Shown here in pieces: positions 1 to 13,948 of a DNA stretch of 64,000 bases (position 1 is its first letter; each line of letters opens with the position of its first letter). The notes beneath the pieces were generated by a model. The model saw only the letters and a list, made by a program, of their open reading frames with translations. It was not told where the DNA came from and made no database searches. The stretch covers positions 9,176,001 to 9,240,000 of the forward strand of contig JBHGNT010000017.1 of assembly GCA_043228905.1 (NCBI GenBank). The letters run 5' to 3'. This stretch comes from Azolla caroliniana (lineage: Eukaryota > Plantae > Polypodiophyta). A program made the position numbers and the translations under genes.

Positions 1-369
1 ACTATCGATATACCCGTCCAACAAGTGGGGTACTACTTTATTCCTAAACCCAAAACCACATATTTATAATTACGGTTTATGTAGTTTTACTCTACAATTT
101 GAATATGGATACCAATTTTAGAACTTTTTATTGAACCAAGTCTTCAATTGTGCTCCATGATATGCAAATTGACACGAATGTGGACACATATACAATTTAG
201 TAATTGCTAGGTTTTTTTTGTTCTATATTTAACCATCAAGTCGCAAAAGGGGTACGCATGCATCGTATATTTTTGATATCGGGCTAAAATAGGGTACTTT
301 TCTACATCTGGCCAACTATGCCAAAAGAGAATACGACATATTACCTGTTTCAAATGACCCGGTGTTTGG

Positions 370-1235
370 TGTTGACCCATCTAACCCGACTCGATACCAC
401 GGAGGGTGGTTAACCCCCATGTCGTGAAGATTCCAGGGCATGGTGAGAAACCGGGGAATATCAGAGGAATCGGCGAGGTGGAGCATGTGCACTCACCCTT
501 GATAGGGGCGCCATCATGGCGCCGGATAGTAGTTAATTCAGGACAGAGGATCCCATGTAATAAGGGATTTATCCCACATTGGTACGCATCCCTCTCCTTG
601 TTCTATAAATGGAAGGGAGCTCCCTTTGTAAAAGGGTTGCCCATTTTGAGTTAGGAAGGGTATACCTCTTAGGTCTAGGGTTTGGTAGTTTTCTTGGTCT
701 TCATCTTATTCTTATTCCCTTAGGGTTTGTATTTTGGTCTTTTCACCCTATTTCGTTTAGGGTTTCATTTTATTCTTCTTCATTATCTCGTGGGTTTGGT
801 TCACTCTTTCGAGTGGATGTTAGTGTCCCATTTAGGTTCTTCTTCGTGTGAGAGTTTTTGATTGGTTCGAGGTTTCAACAACGATGGCTTTTGGCATTCC
901 GGTGGCGGCACTTGAAGGTTTGGTTTCCTCTCCTCGATGGAGAGTGTTTCGCATGGCGGTCGGTTCGAGAAGGGAGGGCGAAGTGGCACGGGAACACTCC
1001 ATCGTCGTCGGGGCGTGACCAACGATGGATGTCGCGGTCCCGACGGCCCACTTGACTCGCCTTCGCCGGTCCCCCATTCTTATCTTGTTTGTAATAGCCA
1101 CCAGATTCAGGCATGTAACCGTCTTGTTGTAAAACTCTTGCAATATATATGCATGTTGGTGTATATCTATCTTCCTTGTAACATATTTGAGTCGGGTCCA
1201 TATTCGCGGTGAACCATCTTTTGTGAAACCCTACA
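370..1235 (+). mobile_element. LTR-like sequence upstream of the gypsy-1 gag region (3' boundary uncertain)
   Basis: Starts TGTTG at 370, TATA-like CTATAAAT near 604, T-rich downstream part, possible end CCCTACA at 1235. No tRNA PBS, no TSD, and no match to the LTR at 35139. Confidence 0.4.
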
Positions 1236-1904
1236 TTCGTTGGATCCGGAAGCCGATTCCGAACCAAAGCCTACAAAGCTTAAGGACTCCACCATCCGTC
1301 TCCCTAGTCCAAGACCCCCACGGTCCCGCCTAAGATCCTACACGTACCCGCGGAATACCACGACACCAGGGACACTACCAAACATGAACCTCCCATTGAA
1401 CCCAGCAACTAGAGCACCTCTCAACACAGCCCCACTACAGGAGAGCCCAATGGCAAACACGCTCAGCGTAGAGTGACACATACGGGATGTCGCGCAAGAG
1501 TTACGTGTGATAGAACAAGAAATCAATATATGGATGATGCAACTCGCGAAAGGGGGACAACCGGAAATCATCACCCGAGATATCGAAGCCGCTTTGGCAC
1601 CCGACACCGCCACATATAGACACGACCCCTACACCCGACCAAACTGTCTCGGCACCCCCAAACGCCGAACTCGCACTAGCATTACAATCTATCCAAACCC
1701 TCGTGGCATTGATGGAAAAAGAGTGATTGCCCACAGACAATTCGAGAAACCCTACCAACGACAGCGGGAAGAGTGCTTCCTTTTATAAGCTAGTACCCCG
1801 TTTTCTCGGTTTCGGTGACGCATAAGATCACGTAGAGAGGTTCAAGCAGATATGTCGAGCTTATGAGCCCCTCACAAAGACTACCAAAGTAGCCGCATTC
1901 AGAC

Positions 1905-2612
1905 TGTTGAGAGATAGGTCCCTCCGGATGGGAAGGGAGAAGAACAGTGCCTCGGCCGAAACCGTATGAGGTGGACCTGGCTACGGAGAGCCAGATGGTG
2001 CAGACCCGGTATGAAGCGGATGAGGAGTACCCGGCTACGGAGGGCCGGATGGTGCAGACCCAGTATGAACCGGATGAGGAGTACACGGCTACGGAGAGCC
2101 GGATGATGCAGACCCGGTGAAGACCGGATGAGGAGTACCCGGCTACGGAGAACCGGATGAAGAGACATATTCGTAAATATGTTTTATGATAGTCCATCGA
2201 GGCTATATTTGTATATAGCCGAAAAGTCATATTAGTATAAATATGACTTAGGGCAAACTAAGATTATAGTGTTGTCATTTTTCTTGTTGGTGCAAGAAGA
2301 AGAGTGAGTACGTAACGTTGTATAGAGAGAGAGAGAAAGAGGTCGTTGCCTCTATTGTAACCGCCGCCTGTGGCGAAGATCGTGAGTCCGAGGTCGTTGC
2401 CTCCGTGAACTCACTGTTTTGTACATTCTTACATAGTGACAGTTTGCAGCCTGTGGGTTGCCGTGGTTTTTCCCCTAGTTTGGGGTTTTCCACGTAAACC
2501 TCCTGTGTATTTTCTTCTTCTTTGTGTCGCGTCTTATTTCCCGTTTTCTGTGTATCATTCTAAGCACGGTTGTGGTCGAGTGTTGTGCATAAGGAACGAC
2601 CAGTTCTCGTCA
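1905..2612 (+). mobile_element. Solo LTR, family X (copia-like), with an internal ~57-bp tandem repeat
   Basis: TG...CA ends, perfect 5-bp TSD CAGAC (1900-1904 and 2613-2617), TATAAATA near 2236. Homologous in reverse orientation to 15822-16185 plus 33289-33642. Confidence 0.9.
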
Positions 2613-2655
2613 CAGACTTACACTCAATGACCAAGCCAGAATTTGGTTTAGAACC

Positions 2656-3788
2656 TTGAATGAGGACATCGTCACGAACTTCGAGTACGTCATCGAAGAT
2701 TTCTTGATAAACTTTGCTCATCGAGGGAATAAATGGAACCAAATTGACCAACTTTTCGCCCTCAAGCAAGAAGCAAACGAGACAGTCAAGGACTACATAC
2801 ACCGCATGAAAAGCCTACACCATCGTTGTAACCCAAGCGACAAGATGTCGGATGACAAATTGATGAGCCGCTTCATCAATGGGTTGTTCAATTCGACGCT
2901 CCAAAATTTCCTGATTGCCAGGATGTGTCCGTCGTTCGCTAAAGCTTGCACGGTAGTGATGACTTTCGAAGATTCAATGAGCGGGTTACGGATACCCACT
3001 CAAGCGCCTACAAACAACCGTGAGAAGCCCTCAGACTCCACGCCACTGAGACCACCCCGTATAGAAAGACCCCAAGCATACGCCCAAAGAATGTAAGGTG
3101 TAAAGTATGCCATGGCCATCACACGGCGCATGAGTGCCCCCTCCTCCACCAACGGCGGCCGCAATATTGTAAGCGGTGCAAAGCTTTCGTGATGCATTCT
3201 CAAGAAAACTGTTGGCAAGCCCCACATGGAAGGTATAGCCAAACACTAATGGTAGAGCACCCACGCTCACCTCCACCGCCTAACCGCCCACAACTACCAG
3301 CAATACTTCCCCAACAACCCCCACTACCGCATATCGGCACTCACCTCGCCGAACTAGAATATACCACCGCTAACCAAACCCAGGTTGGGGAGAGTGCCCC
3401 TGAATACGAAGACTCATATCAAGAGTATGGTGTTGAAGAAGAGGTGTTTTCCCACTTTGTAGACTTTGAAGGCGACCAAATACTAGTGTACGTCTTGAGA
3501 GGAGAACAACGGGGGTTGTCGATGGGATATCGCAATAATAATGGTCTAAGGAGGTCAGAATTGAAAGGTTTCAATTGCCAATGCTCACACATGGTTAGCG
3601 AGTTCACAACCAAACATGAATACTACAACCGGATGGCACAACGACCACGACACCCCTCACTCGAAACACCCCCACAACCACCGATGCAAAGTCTCGCCCA
3701 ACAATCACGGGACCTTAACGGGTGGTTCCAAAGAGAAGCATCATGCCCAGGGTGTGGTAAAGAGCACTTAGTACCTGAGTGCCCATAA
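2656..3788 (+). pseudogene. gypsy-1 gag remnant (capsid-like region plus degenerate CCHC knuckles)
   Basis: LKQEANETVKDYIHR...RFINGL resembles retrotransposon gag; C-x2-C-x4-H-x4-C in CPGCGKEHLVPECP; broken by stops. Confidence 0.75.
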
Positions 3789-4315
3789 AAAAAGAAAAGG
3801 ATTGGCGCAAATTTGTTATCTATCGTACCATCAACAGTTGGCGCCAACATCATCACACGAGCTCAAAGAGAAACTCATAACTTAAAGTATCATGACCAAG
3901 GCCTCCCCCACGCCTACGCGTAAGAGACGAAAATCCAAAAAAAATGCATCCACGCAAGCCTCAAAGCAAGATCAAGAACCGGAGGGAGACGTAGAAACAA
4001 TACCCGTCAACCCTAACCAAGAGTTGTCGGCACACCTAGCAGCATATCCAAACCCAGTGGCTGAAAAACAAAAGGTCGAAGAGTACATCAAACTCATACG
4101 ACATGAACAGTATGAAAGATCGCTTAGTCTCCCAAGCCTAAAGTTCAACCAGCTCAAAGAATGGGTAAATCCTCCATCCCAACACACAGATACACCCCCC
4201 TCGTCGTAACACCAACTGACACCCCCATCTCCCAATCTACCCCAATCAAAGAGGTCAACACAGCCCTGCTCCAGCAAATATTAAATTTAAAATTACAACT
4301 CACACCGGCACCTTC

Positions 4316-4828
4316 ATGACCGACAACCCCCAACTACGACCTATACTCGCCAAGGAAATAGAGTTCACACTCGAAGAGCTGCTCAAACTCGACATCCAAC
4401 CATGGCACGACGTCCTTCGCCACCTCAATGCAAGCCTATCAGCAGGTTATGGAGAAAAGATACACACCCACATTCCTCATACAACCACAGTCCCCAAACA
4501 ACCCAAAGGAACACCGGTGGATATATGTGAAGCTCACTTCAAGAGTGACGATACTAGTTTCACTCTCCCCGTCTGCGTCAACGGCACGACGTGTGATGCG
4601 ATCATTGACACCGGAGCAGGGGTAAGTATAATTAGCTACGAATGTTGGTGTAAGTGGGGGAGCCCAAAAACGCTTCCTTCGGACGTCAAACTCCGAATGG
4701 TTGATGGGTCCATCCAACGGGCCAAAGGCATGATCCATGCACACCACTTCACTATCCACAGGGTCGAGTTCAATCTCACTTTCATCATCACAAGATCATC
4801 GAATCATGTGGCTTACAAGTTTTATTAG
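4316..4828 (+). pseudogene. gypsy-1 aspartic protease (canonical position)
   Basis: DAIIDTGAGVSII retropepsin motif, located between gag and RT. Confidence 0.85.
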
Positions 4829-5129
4829 GGAGACCATTCCTATGTGTAAGCCGCCTTGTGATGGATTTTGGGGACGATACAATCTATATGCGTAAAAACA
4901 ACAAAACTTTTCGCATCAAAGCATACACACAAAAAGTCCACAAACAAGAAGGCAACCCTCCTGTGGACGACTGATCAGAAACCACCGAGTTCGAGACCAA
5001 CCTCCTAGCCTGTCACCCCACAAAGACAATTCAAATCATGGCTAGGGTTCAACCGTTTCCCCAAAAATCCACTAATCCTAGGGTAGGGAATGCGCGAGAA
5101 GACCAATCCATACATCCGATGCGTCAAAG

Positions 5130-7874
5130 ATGAATTGGGTGCACGCTCTCGCCACGACCGATGCAATATACCCCATTGGTACAAAATGTCGCAATGAGGA
5201 TGGAGACACAATCTCATGTTTTAATATCACCACTCTCGTAACCCAGCGGAAACCAGTAGACGTAAAAGACAAAGACCTAGCACAACGAATCACGTGCCAA
5301 GAAGAGGATGCGCACACGCGGAAGACCCCAACGGAGGTGGACTTTCCAAAGCAATTCAAACTCTATGAACAAGGGAGTAGGGCGATGGCCTGTAAGAGAC
5401 CACAATGCACCCCTAACATCCTAGGCGAGGTATGCGACGGACCGGCGAGAGTTAAGGAAATCAATATCGGAAATGGGACGAACCCCAAACCAGTGTTCAT
5501 CGCCACAGATCTCCAGCCGGACGAGGAGACTTCCTTGATCACCCTCCTTGCAGAATTTAACGACGTGTTCGCATTTTCGTATGTAGATATGAAAGGTGTC
5601 CCGGCTGAAGTTGTCACCCATAGCATCCCCATGTTGGCCGACACCCGCCCAATCCGACAAAGACCGCACCCTATGAACCCCAACTACGCTCAACAAGTAA
5701 AACCCGAAATCAATAAAATGTTGGACGCGGGCATCATCTACCCGATCGAACGAACAACTTGGGTTTCCCCGATCGTAGTCGTCCCAAAGAAGAATGGCCA
5801 AATCCGCATATGTGTAGACTACCACCAAGTCAACAAGGCCACCATCAAGGACAACTACCCGGTACCCTACATCGAGCACTTACTCGAAAGAATCGCGAGA
5901 GCAGAAGCCTATAGCTTCATCGATGGGTTCTCGGGGTACAACCAAATCTCGGTGGTTCCCGAGGATCAACACAAGACAGCCTTTGCCACCGAATTTGGTA
6001 CATTCGCATATAAACAGATCCCTTTCGGGCTCACAAGTGCCATGAGCACTTATCAAAGGGCAGCGGACCACATCTTCACGGCAAGGTTACCACAAGGGGT
6101 GGAGTCCTATGACGATGATTTATGTTGCCATTCGAAATGGCATGACCACCTGGTGCTACTCCGCTTGATGTTCGAAAAGTGTAGAGACTATCAACTCTCC
6201 CTCAACCCCCTCAAGTGCCAATTCTGGGTCAAACACGGACTCATATTAGGCCATGTTGTGTCCCGACATGGGATCTCGACCGATGAGGCAAAAGTAAAGC
6301 TCATCCTTGACATGCCACCTCCCGTGAATGAGAAACAACTACAAGGGTTCATGGGGTAAGCAGGTTACTATAGACACTTCATCAAGATGTTCACAGATGA
6401 GGCCAGACCACTCTACGCCTTACTAAAGCAGTACACCTGTAAAGCAGTACACCTGGACGAAAGAGGGCACCCGCTCATTCAAGCTCTTGAAAGAGTGCCT
6501 TACTAAGGCCCCCATCCTCCGATCCCCAGACTGGCCCAAAGAATTCCACGTTCACACCGATGCTTCCGCCTTCACGATTGGTGCAATGCTAGCTCAACCT
6601 GGCGAAGGGGCACTCAACCTACCGATCACTTTTGCTAGTCGTCAACTGAACACTGCAGAACGAAATTACTCCACGACGAAACGAGAAGCTTTGGCCATGG
6701 TTTATAGCGTGAAAAAGTTCTGACATTACCTCTTGGCGTCACGTTTCTCATTTTCTGTAGATCATCAAGCCCTCCTCTACTTGGTAAACAATACTCACGC
6801 CACAGGACGCATATCACGATGCATCGTAACGTTACTCGAGTTCGACTTCAAGGTGGTGGTGAGAAAAGGAAAAGACCATGTACTCGCCGATCATTTCTCC
6901 CGAATAACAAACGGAGAAGAAGCCATTGGGGTCGACGACGAAACGCCAGATGCAGCATTATTCACGATTGGCATTGTACCATCATGGGCATCCAACATCG
7001 TTCGCGTCTTAACCGAAGGGGCGTCCTTCCTAAAACAACTAAATCAGGCACATGCACGTGTCTTGTTAAGGAAATTTGACCCCTTCACAATGCTCAGAGT
7101 AAACTTGTATCGAAGAGGCAACGATGACGTACTACGGACGTGTGTAATAGACCATGATGTCGTCGCCGTCCTCGAACAAGCTCATTGCGGAAGCGGAAGC
7201 GGTCATTTCAATCACGAGGTCACCGAACCCAAGATCCTCCGGTCCGGCCTATGGTGGCCAACACTATTCAAAGACACATACGAGTATGTATGCTGATGTG
7301 ATGAGTGTCAGCATTTCAAACATCTGTTAAAAGTGGATTTCAATACATTAAACCTGGTGGTGGCGTGAAAACCATTCGAGAAATGGGGTATCGACTTTAT
7401 CGGCCCAATCAGCCCAGCTTCCAACCTCAATCGATACATAATCACTGCCACTTACTATGCTACCAAGTGTACGGAAGCTAAAGCTTGCGTTAATGCGACA
7501 CACGAAGCACCGGCAAATTCCTATACGAAAACATCATCACACGGTTTGGATGTTCACTCGAGATCATTGGTGATCAAGGCTCCCATTTCCTCTACGAAGT
7601 GATAGCACATCTACTAGGCGAATTTATGGTGACACACTGCAAGAGCTCCCCTTATTACCCCCGATGCAACGGACAAGAGGAAAGCACTAATAAGGTGTTA
7701 TGTGCAGTGCTTACGAAGATAATCGCCGCTTCGCGGTCCGATTGGAGCACCAAACTCCAAGCGGCATTGTGGGCTTTCCGCCCTTCCTACAAAGTCACAA
7801 CTCGCCACCCACCATTCAAACTACTATATGGAAAAGAAGTGGTACTGCCCATTGAGTTCCTCGTCCCTAGCCTC
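5130..7874 (+). pseudogene. gypsy-1 RT, RNase H and integrase core (degenerate)
   Basis: WVSPIVVVPKKNGQIRICVDY, DGFSGYNQI and YDDD (RT); HTDASAF (RH); GLWWPTLFKD and YYPRCNGQEE (INT); multiple stops. Confidence 0.92.
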
Positions 7875-10800
7875 TGTTGGTGAATGTCGACAGTTATGCG
7901 GAAGTGTGTGTTCAGATCTTATGGCTATGAATAGCAAACAACATACACACAGAAGATAGAGAAGGCAGATATAGACTTACACAGATGGAGCTTTAATGGA
8001 AAGCTTCTTATTTTTGCACAACGCAGTTCTCTCTCTCAAAGATTACAATCGTCTACTCGTCATCCTCTCTCATTACAATGTTAGGTATTCGCTTATATAC
8101 TAAGCCCTAACTTATTAACGAGTTCACACTCGGACGGATACAACTTGGAAGGAGTCGGCCTTTTATGCCAACAGCATTAGGATAGTCGTACAAGAACGAT
8201 GGGACGGGAACCCCCTCCCGTCGCGCCTAGAGAACCTAGAACGGTTGACCGAAACTCGTCTTCTCGCATTCCAAGCACTCTTGATAGAGAAAGCCAATAG
8301 AAAGGTGTGGCACGACAACAAAGAAAGAGATAAAGACCTCGCTGAAGGGGACATGGCTCTCAAATTCACCTCTCAACGACACAAAAAGAAGCTCAAATTA
8401 TGTAGCGAAGGCCCCTATGTGGTCTCAGAGATTACCAAGACAGAAGCATGTCGAATACAAACGCTCGAAGGACTTGACATCCCAAAGACTTACACAGATG
8501 GAGCTTTAATGGAAAGCTTCTTATTTCTCACAATGCGTTTCTCGCTCTCAGAGATTACAATCGTTTGCTCGTCATCCTCTCTCATTACAATGTTAGGTAT
8601 TCGCTTATATACTAAGCCCTAACTTATTAACGAGTTCACACTTGGACGAATACAACTTGGAAGGAGTCGGCCTTTTATGCCAACAAACTCCCCTGTAAAA
8701 GAACTACTCTTTCTTGCATGTACAAGTGCTTAGGGTTATCTCCCCTGTAAATCTAGATTACAAATTTAAATAGATCTTATGTTACAAGTCTGTCGGCAAG
8801 TAGTCGAGTCGGTAGAGGTATAGTATGAGGGTCGGTCAGCTCTTACCTTCTACTCCTTGTTCGGCTTTCTTCTGCTCGGTTTCTTGTTGTAGCCCCATCT
8901 TTGTCCTTAGCGTTTCGACGCGTTGATCTGGGAGTGGCTTCGTCAGGCAATCGGTGATGTTCACCTCGGTGTCGATCTTCCGGACTTCGATTTTCTTCTC
9001 GATCACGAGCTCCTGGATATGATGATACCGCACCTCAATGTGCTTCATCTTCGCATCATAGACGGGATTGTTGATGAGGTGTATTGTGCTCTGTGAGTCA
9101 CAATAGATGGTCGGTGTTGGTCGGTCTATTTGGTTTGCAATTTCGAAATCGGCAGACAGTCAGTGCAACCAGATCGCTTCCTTCGCTGATTCTGACGCTG
9201 CTATGTACTCGACTTCTATGGTAGACAGAGTTGTGTACTCCTACAGTTTTGACCTCCATGACATTGCACCACCACTATAGGTGAAGATGTAGCCTGATGT
9301 CGATTTCCAATTATCTGTGTTTCCAGCGTAGTCAGAATCGGTGTGGCCTTCAACTTCGGTTGATGTTGTCGAACCGAATGTCAGTTGTGCATCCATGGTT
9401 CCTTTCAAATACCTAAGGATGTGCTTGATGGCCTCCCAATGCTTCTTTCCTGGGTTTGACATGGACCGCCTTACCACCCCTACGGCATAGGCTAGGTCAG
9501 GTTGGGTCACCACCATTGCATACATGATACTTCCTATTGTCAATGAGTAGGGTATCTTTCCATTAAGCTCTCTCTCCTTGTCTTTTGTAGGAGAGTCTTT
9601 GTTCGATAGTCTAATCGACATCGGAAGCGGTGTCGGTGTTGGCTTTGCATTCTCCATGTTGAAGCACTTCAACACCTTGCGGATGTAGTCGGATTGGGAG
9701 AGTCGGAGATTCATGGTCGTCCGATTTCGCTCTATACTCATGCCCAGTATGTGTCGGGCTTGTCTGAGTTCCTTCATCGCGAATTTTGCGTGAAGGCTCT
9801 GCTTGAGCTTTCCGATCTCTACTTGATTTCTCCCTACAATCAGCATGTCGTCGACATAAAGGATCAGATAGATCCTGGACTCGTCGGCCAATTGCCAAAC
9901 ATACATGCATGGATCGGAGTCTGATCTGTTGTATCCAAGTTGCCTTTGTGGAAGTCGAACTTCTGGTACCACATTCTCGGCATTTGTTTGAGGCCATATA
10001 AACTCTTCTTTAGTCTACATACAAGGTGACTGTCCTCCCCTGTCGTCGTGAAGCCTGCCAGTTGAGACATGTATATGTCTTCGTCCAGATCTCCGTGTAG
10101 GAATGTCGTCTTTACGTCCATCTGCTCGAGCTCTAGGTCTTCTATCGCTACGACTCCTAGTAGGAGTGGGAGGGTGGTCATCTTGACTACTGGTGAGAAT
10201 ATCTCGTCATAATCGACCTCGTATTCCTGTTTGAATCCTTTCGCAACAAGCCGAGCTTTGTACTTGGGTGTCTCTGAGTCGGATACATACTTGTCTCGGA
10301 ACACCCATTTGCAAGGTAGCGGCTTTCTTCCTGCTGGTAGTTCGACCAGCTCCCATGTCTAATTCTGATGAATCGAGTCCATTTCGGATTTCATGGCTTG
10401 CAGCCATGTTTCGGCGTCCGATGCGGCCATAGCTTCGTCATACGTGATTGGTTCACCTGCATCCATGTAGTTGACGTAGTCCAGGCCCGGTTGATAAAAC
10501 TCAGTTTGCCTTCGAGCTCGTCCAGATCTCCTAAGTGCCGTAATATCTGGTTCAGATTCTTCGATCGGTTCTTTTTGACGATCAGCATTTGTTGAACCAG
10601 TTGAGTCAGGATTCTTGTTTGGTATTCCTCAGTCGGTTTGGGATTTCGGTAGTGTCTAGTTGTTCTCCCCTGCGGTTGTTGTCGACTCTTTTCTGACTAG
10701 TCCCTTGTTGACTCTACCTTGATCGACCTTCGTCGATTCGGCTCTATCTTTGATGACTTTGTCTTTGAGTTCGACGTGGGGATTTATTGCCAATTCAGTG

Positions 10801-13482
10801 TCAGCGGGGACATTGTGGGCTGGTTGGAGTTCAACTATCTATTGACTCTCAGATTTGGCCCAGTGGGTCAATCTTTCTACGATAACATTGTCATCTTCGA
10901 AGGATACCTTCTTGCCCACTGTTTTCTACTAGTTCCGTTGAGAGAAGATAGAGTCTTCATTGAAGACTACATTGCTACTCCATATCAATTTCCGGTTCTC
11001 AGGATCCCATAGCCGATAGCCGAAGTCCCCATCGGTTCCATAACCGAGAAATATGCACTTTGTTGCATGGGGTGCCAACTTCGTCCTTTTCTCCCTAGGG
11101 ATGAACGTGTAGGCTTCGCATCTAAATATACGGAACCTATTGTAGGTTGGTTGTTTGCCTGACAATAGTGCCTATGGCACTTCGAGCCTGATAACTCTTG
11201 ACGGCGCTAGATTTATCAAGCACACTACCGTCTGCAATGCCTCGGCCCAAAATTCCAGCTTTAGTCTGGCTTGCTGGAGCATTGCCGTCACCCCCTCTCC
11301 TGGATCGTTTAGTTGTTCCAGTCAGCCACCCCATTCTACATGGGTGTGTAAGGAACGGTCTTTTGATGTCGGATCCCTTTTTCGGACAAGTACTGTTTGA
11401 AGGCTCTGGAGGTGTACTCACCTCCGTTGTCGGATCGGAGTGTCTTCACTCTGTGTCCCGACCGGTTCTCCACTTCAAATATCCATCGAGTGAAGACCTC
11501 GAGCGCTTCATCTTTGGACTTGATGGAGTGTGCCCAAACTTTTCGTGTACAGTCATCTACGAATGTGATGAAGTACCGGGAGCCTCCTAGTGATCGCTCT
11601 GGCATGGGCCCACATATATCTGTGTGCACGAGATCTAGGGGTTGTTGTACCGTCTCATAGTGGAGAGAGTGCGGACTTCAGGTCTGTTTCCCATATCGAC
11701 AGTGCTCGCAGAAGTCCGTCTTTGCCTGGATTTTCGGAATGTAGCTGACCGACATTAGCCAGTCAAGTTCGGCTTGAGACATGTGGCCAAGTCGGCGATG
11801 CCATAAGTTCGGGTCGGTTTTCTCGGCTACATTCACGGCCCCTTCAAGGTTGATCACCATCAATGGGTACAGATTGTTGTACTTGTACCCACTCCCGACT
11901 TTTAGGTTTCCCCGGCTGATCACCCATGTCGACTTGTGTAGAGTCGTTCGATACTCGTCTTCGGCTAACATGCCGATGGAGACCAAACTCCTCTTTAGAT
12001 CGAGTATGTGCCGAACTCGGTGCAGGGTTATTGTGTTGCCATTTGGCAATCTGATGGGAACCTCCCCCGTTTTGGCTATCTTGCATTCCTGCCCGTTTCC
12101 CTGTCGGGTTGTGCTGCTGGCGTCGGCTGAATAGTTCGAGAACCATTCAACGTTGGGGGTCACATGAAATGTGGCACCAGAGTCTCGTAGCCACGTGTGT
12201 GCATCACGTGCACTGTAGAGGACTTCTCCGATCATCAAATCCTCTAGGGAAAGGATTTGTCCGGATCGAGTGTCAGCAACATTGATCTGATTGCCGATTG
12301 GAGAGTGGTCCGAGTCGGAACGTCCCCAATTCTGCTCAGATCTTTCTTTTTAATGACCAGCAGTTTGAAACATTGTGGCCCATTCTCGACTTCGACCGTT
12401 ATCGGTCACCCCTTGTTCTCGATCGACTATATCGTCGACCGGTTCTATCAGCTTGTTCTTTCGGTCGACTCTATCGGTCGAATGACTCGGTCAAGTGGTG
12501 GGCTTCTACCGACTCCTCGATGGATAGTCCCATCGACTTTCGCCTGATTTCCTCTCTGAGGACTTGGCCGGTTGTTTCGTCCAAATTCAGGATTGGTCAG
12601 CTATTGGCGTATGTCGTACAGAATACCTCCCAACTCGCTGGCAAGCTCGATAGGAGGGCAAGGGCTTTCACTTCTTCTTTGAAGTTGATCCCGTGTGATG
12701 AGAGCTTTGACAACACCCAGTTGAAGGTGTTGATGTGGGATGTCTCCGGATCGGTCTCTTTCATCTTCATGTTGAACAATTGTTTGATCAATATCAGTTT
12801 TGAAGATGAGGACTTCTTCTCATATACGACCTGTAATTTCTCCCACAATGAGAACATTGTCATCTCTCTTGCCATGCTGAAATAGATGTTTTCAGCCAGA
12901 TGCATTCAGATGGTGGAGCGTGCTATTTCTTCCATTGATCTCCACTCTTCTGTTGTCATCGAAGCAAGCTTTTCATTATGCCGAATGGCTTCGACCTGTC
13001 TTCGGATAATCAGCACATCCTGCATCATCTCTTTCCACACGGCAAAGTTTTTGTCATCAAAGTTCCGGATGTTGAAGCCATATTCTTTCTGTGGATTTGA
13101 TGTTTCTGACCTTGTCTTTTCTTTCAGCTTCTTCTCCTGTTACCTGTTGCCGCCGCACAGCAAAACACAGCTTTGATACCAATTGTTGGTGAATGTCGAC
13201 AGTTATGCGGAAGTGTGTGTTCAGATCTTATGGCTATGAACAGAAAACAACATACACACAGAAGATAGAGAAGGCAAATATAGACTTACACAGATGGAGC
13301 TTTAATGGAAAGCTTCTTATTTCTGCACAACGCGTTTCTCTCTCTTAGAGATTACAATCATCTACTCGTCATCCTCTCTCATTACAATGTTAGGTATTCG
13401 CTTATATACTAAGCCCTAACTTATTAACGAGTTCACACTCGGACGGATACAACTTGGAAGGAGTCGGCCTTTTATGCCAACA
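7875..13482 (-). mobile_element. Tnt1/Tork-like Ty1/copia element, degenerate, inserted in gypsy-1 integrase
   Basis: LTRs at 7875-8173 and 13184-13482, plus a partial LTR at 8486-8685. Met-i PBS TGGTATCAAAGC (13170-13181, -) and PPT at 8686-8696. Minus-strand gag, PR (DSGATFH), INT (HTDICGP, LRSDNGGEY), RT (YVDDML) and RH (KHIEVRYH). Degenerate TSD GCCTC/TCCTT. Confidence 0.92.
8174..8484 (+). repeat. 311-bp duplicate of gypsy-1 integrase sequence 13483-13793
   Basis: Near-identical sequence follows both full LTR copies; ORFs 8245..8622 and 13554..13874 share their N-terminal part. Confidence 0.92.
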
Positions 13483-13874
13483 TCCTTAAGATAGTCATAC
13501 AAGAACGATGGGACGGGAACCCCCTCCCATCACGCCTAGAGAACCTAGAACGGTTGACCGAAACTCGCCTTCTCGCATTCCAAGCACTCTTGACAGAGAA
13601 AGCCAATAGAAAGGCATGGCACAAAAACAAAGTACGAGATAACGACCTCGCTGAAGGGGACATGGCTCTCAAATTCACCTCTCAACGACACAAAAAGAAG
13701 CTCAAATTATGTGGCGAAGGTCCCTATGTGGTCTCAGAGATTACCAAGACAGAAGCATGTCGAATACGCATGCTCAAAGGACTCGACATCCCAGGATTCA
13801 TCAATGGGAGCAAGCTCAAACGTTACTACGGGCCACTCACCCTCGAAGCCCTACTCATGGCTCGGCAACAATAA
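13483..13874 (+). pseudogene. gypsy-1 integrase C-terminus (GPY/F region), no chromodomain
   Basis: Continues VPSL|RIVVQER; contains GPYVVSEI...INGSKLKRYY; stop at 13874. Confidence 0.85.
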
Positions 13875-13948
13875 GTGGAAGCCAAACATAAGGCATCCGA
13901 AGGACGAATGGCTCGACTAGAAACCAACCTTCGCAATGCGCAAGCGAA

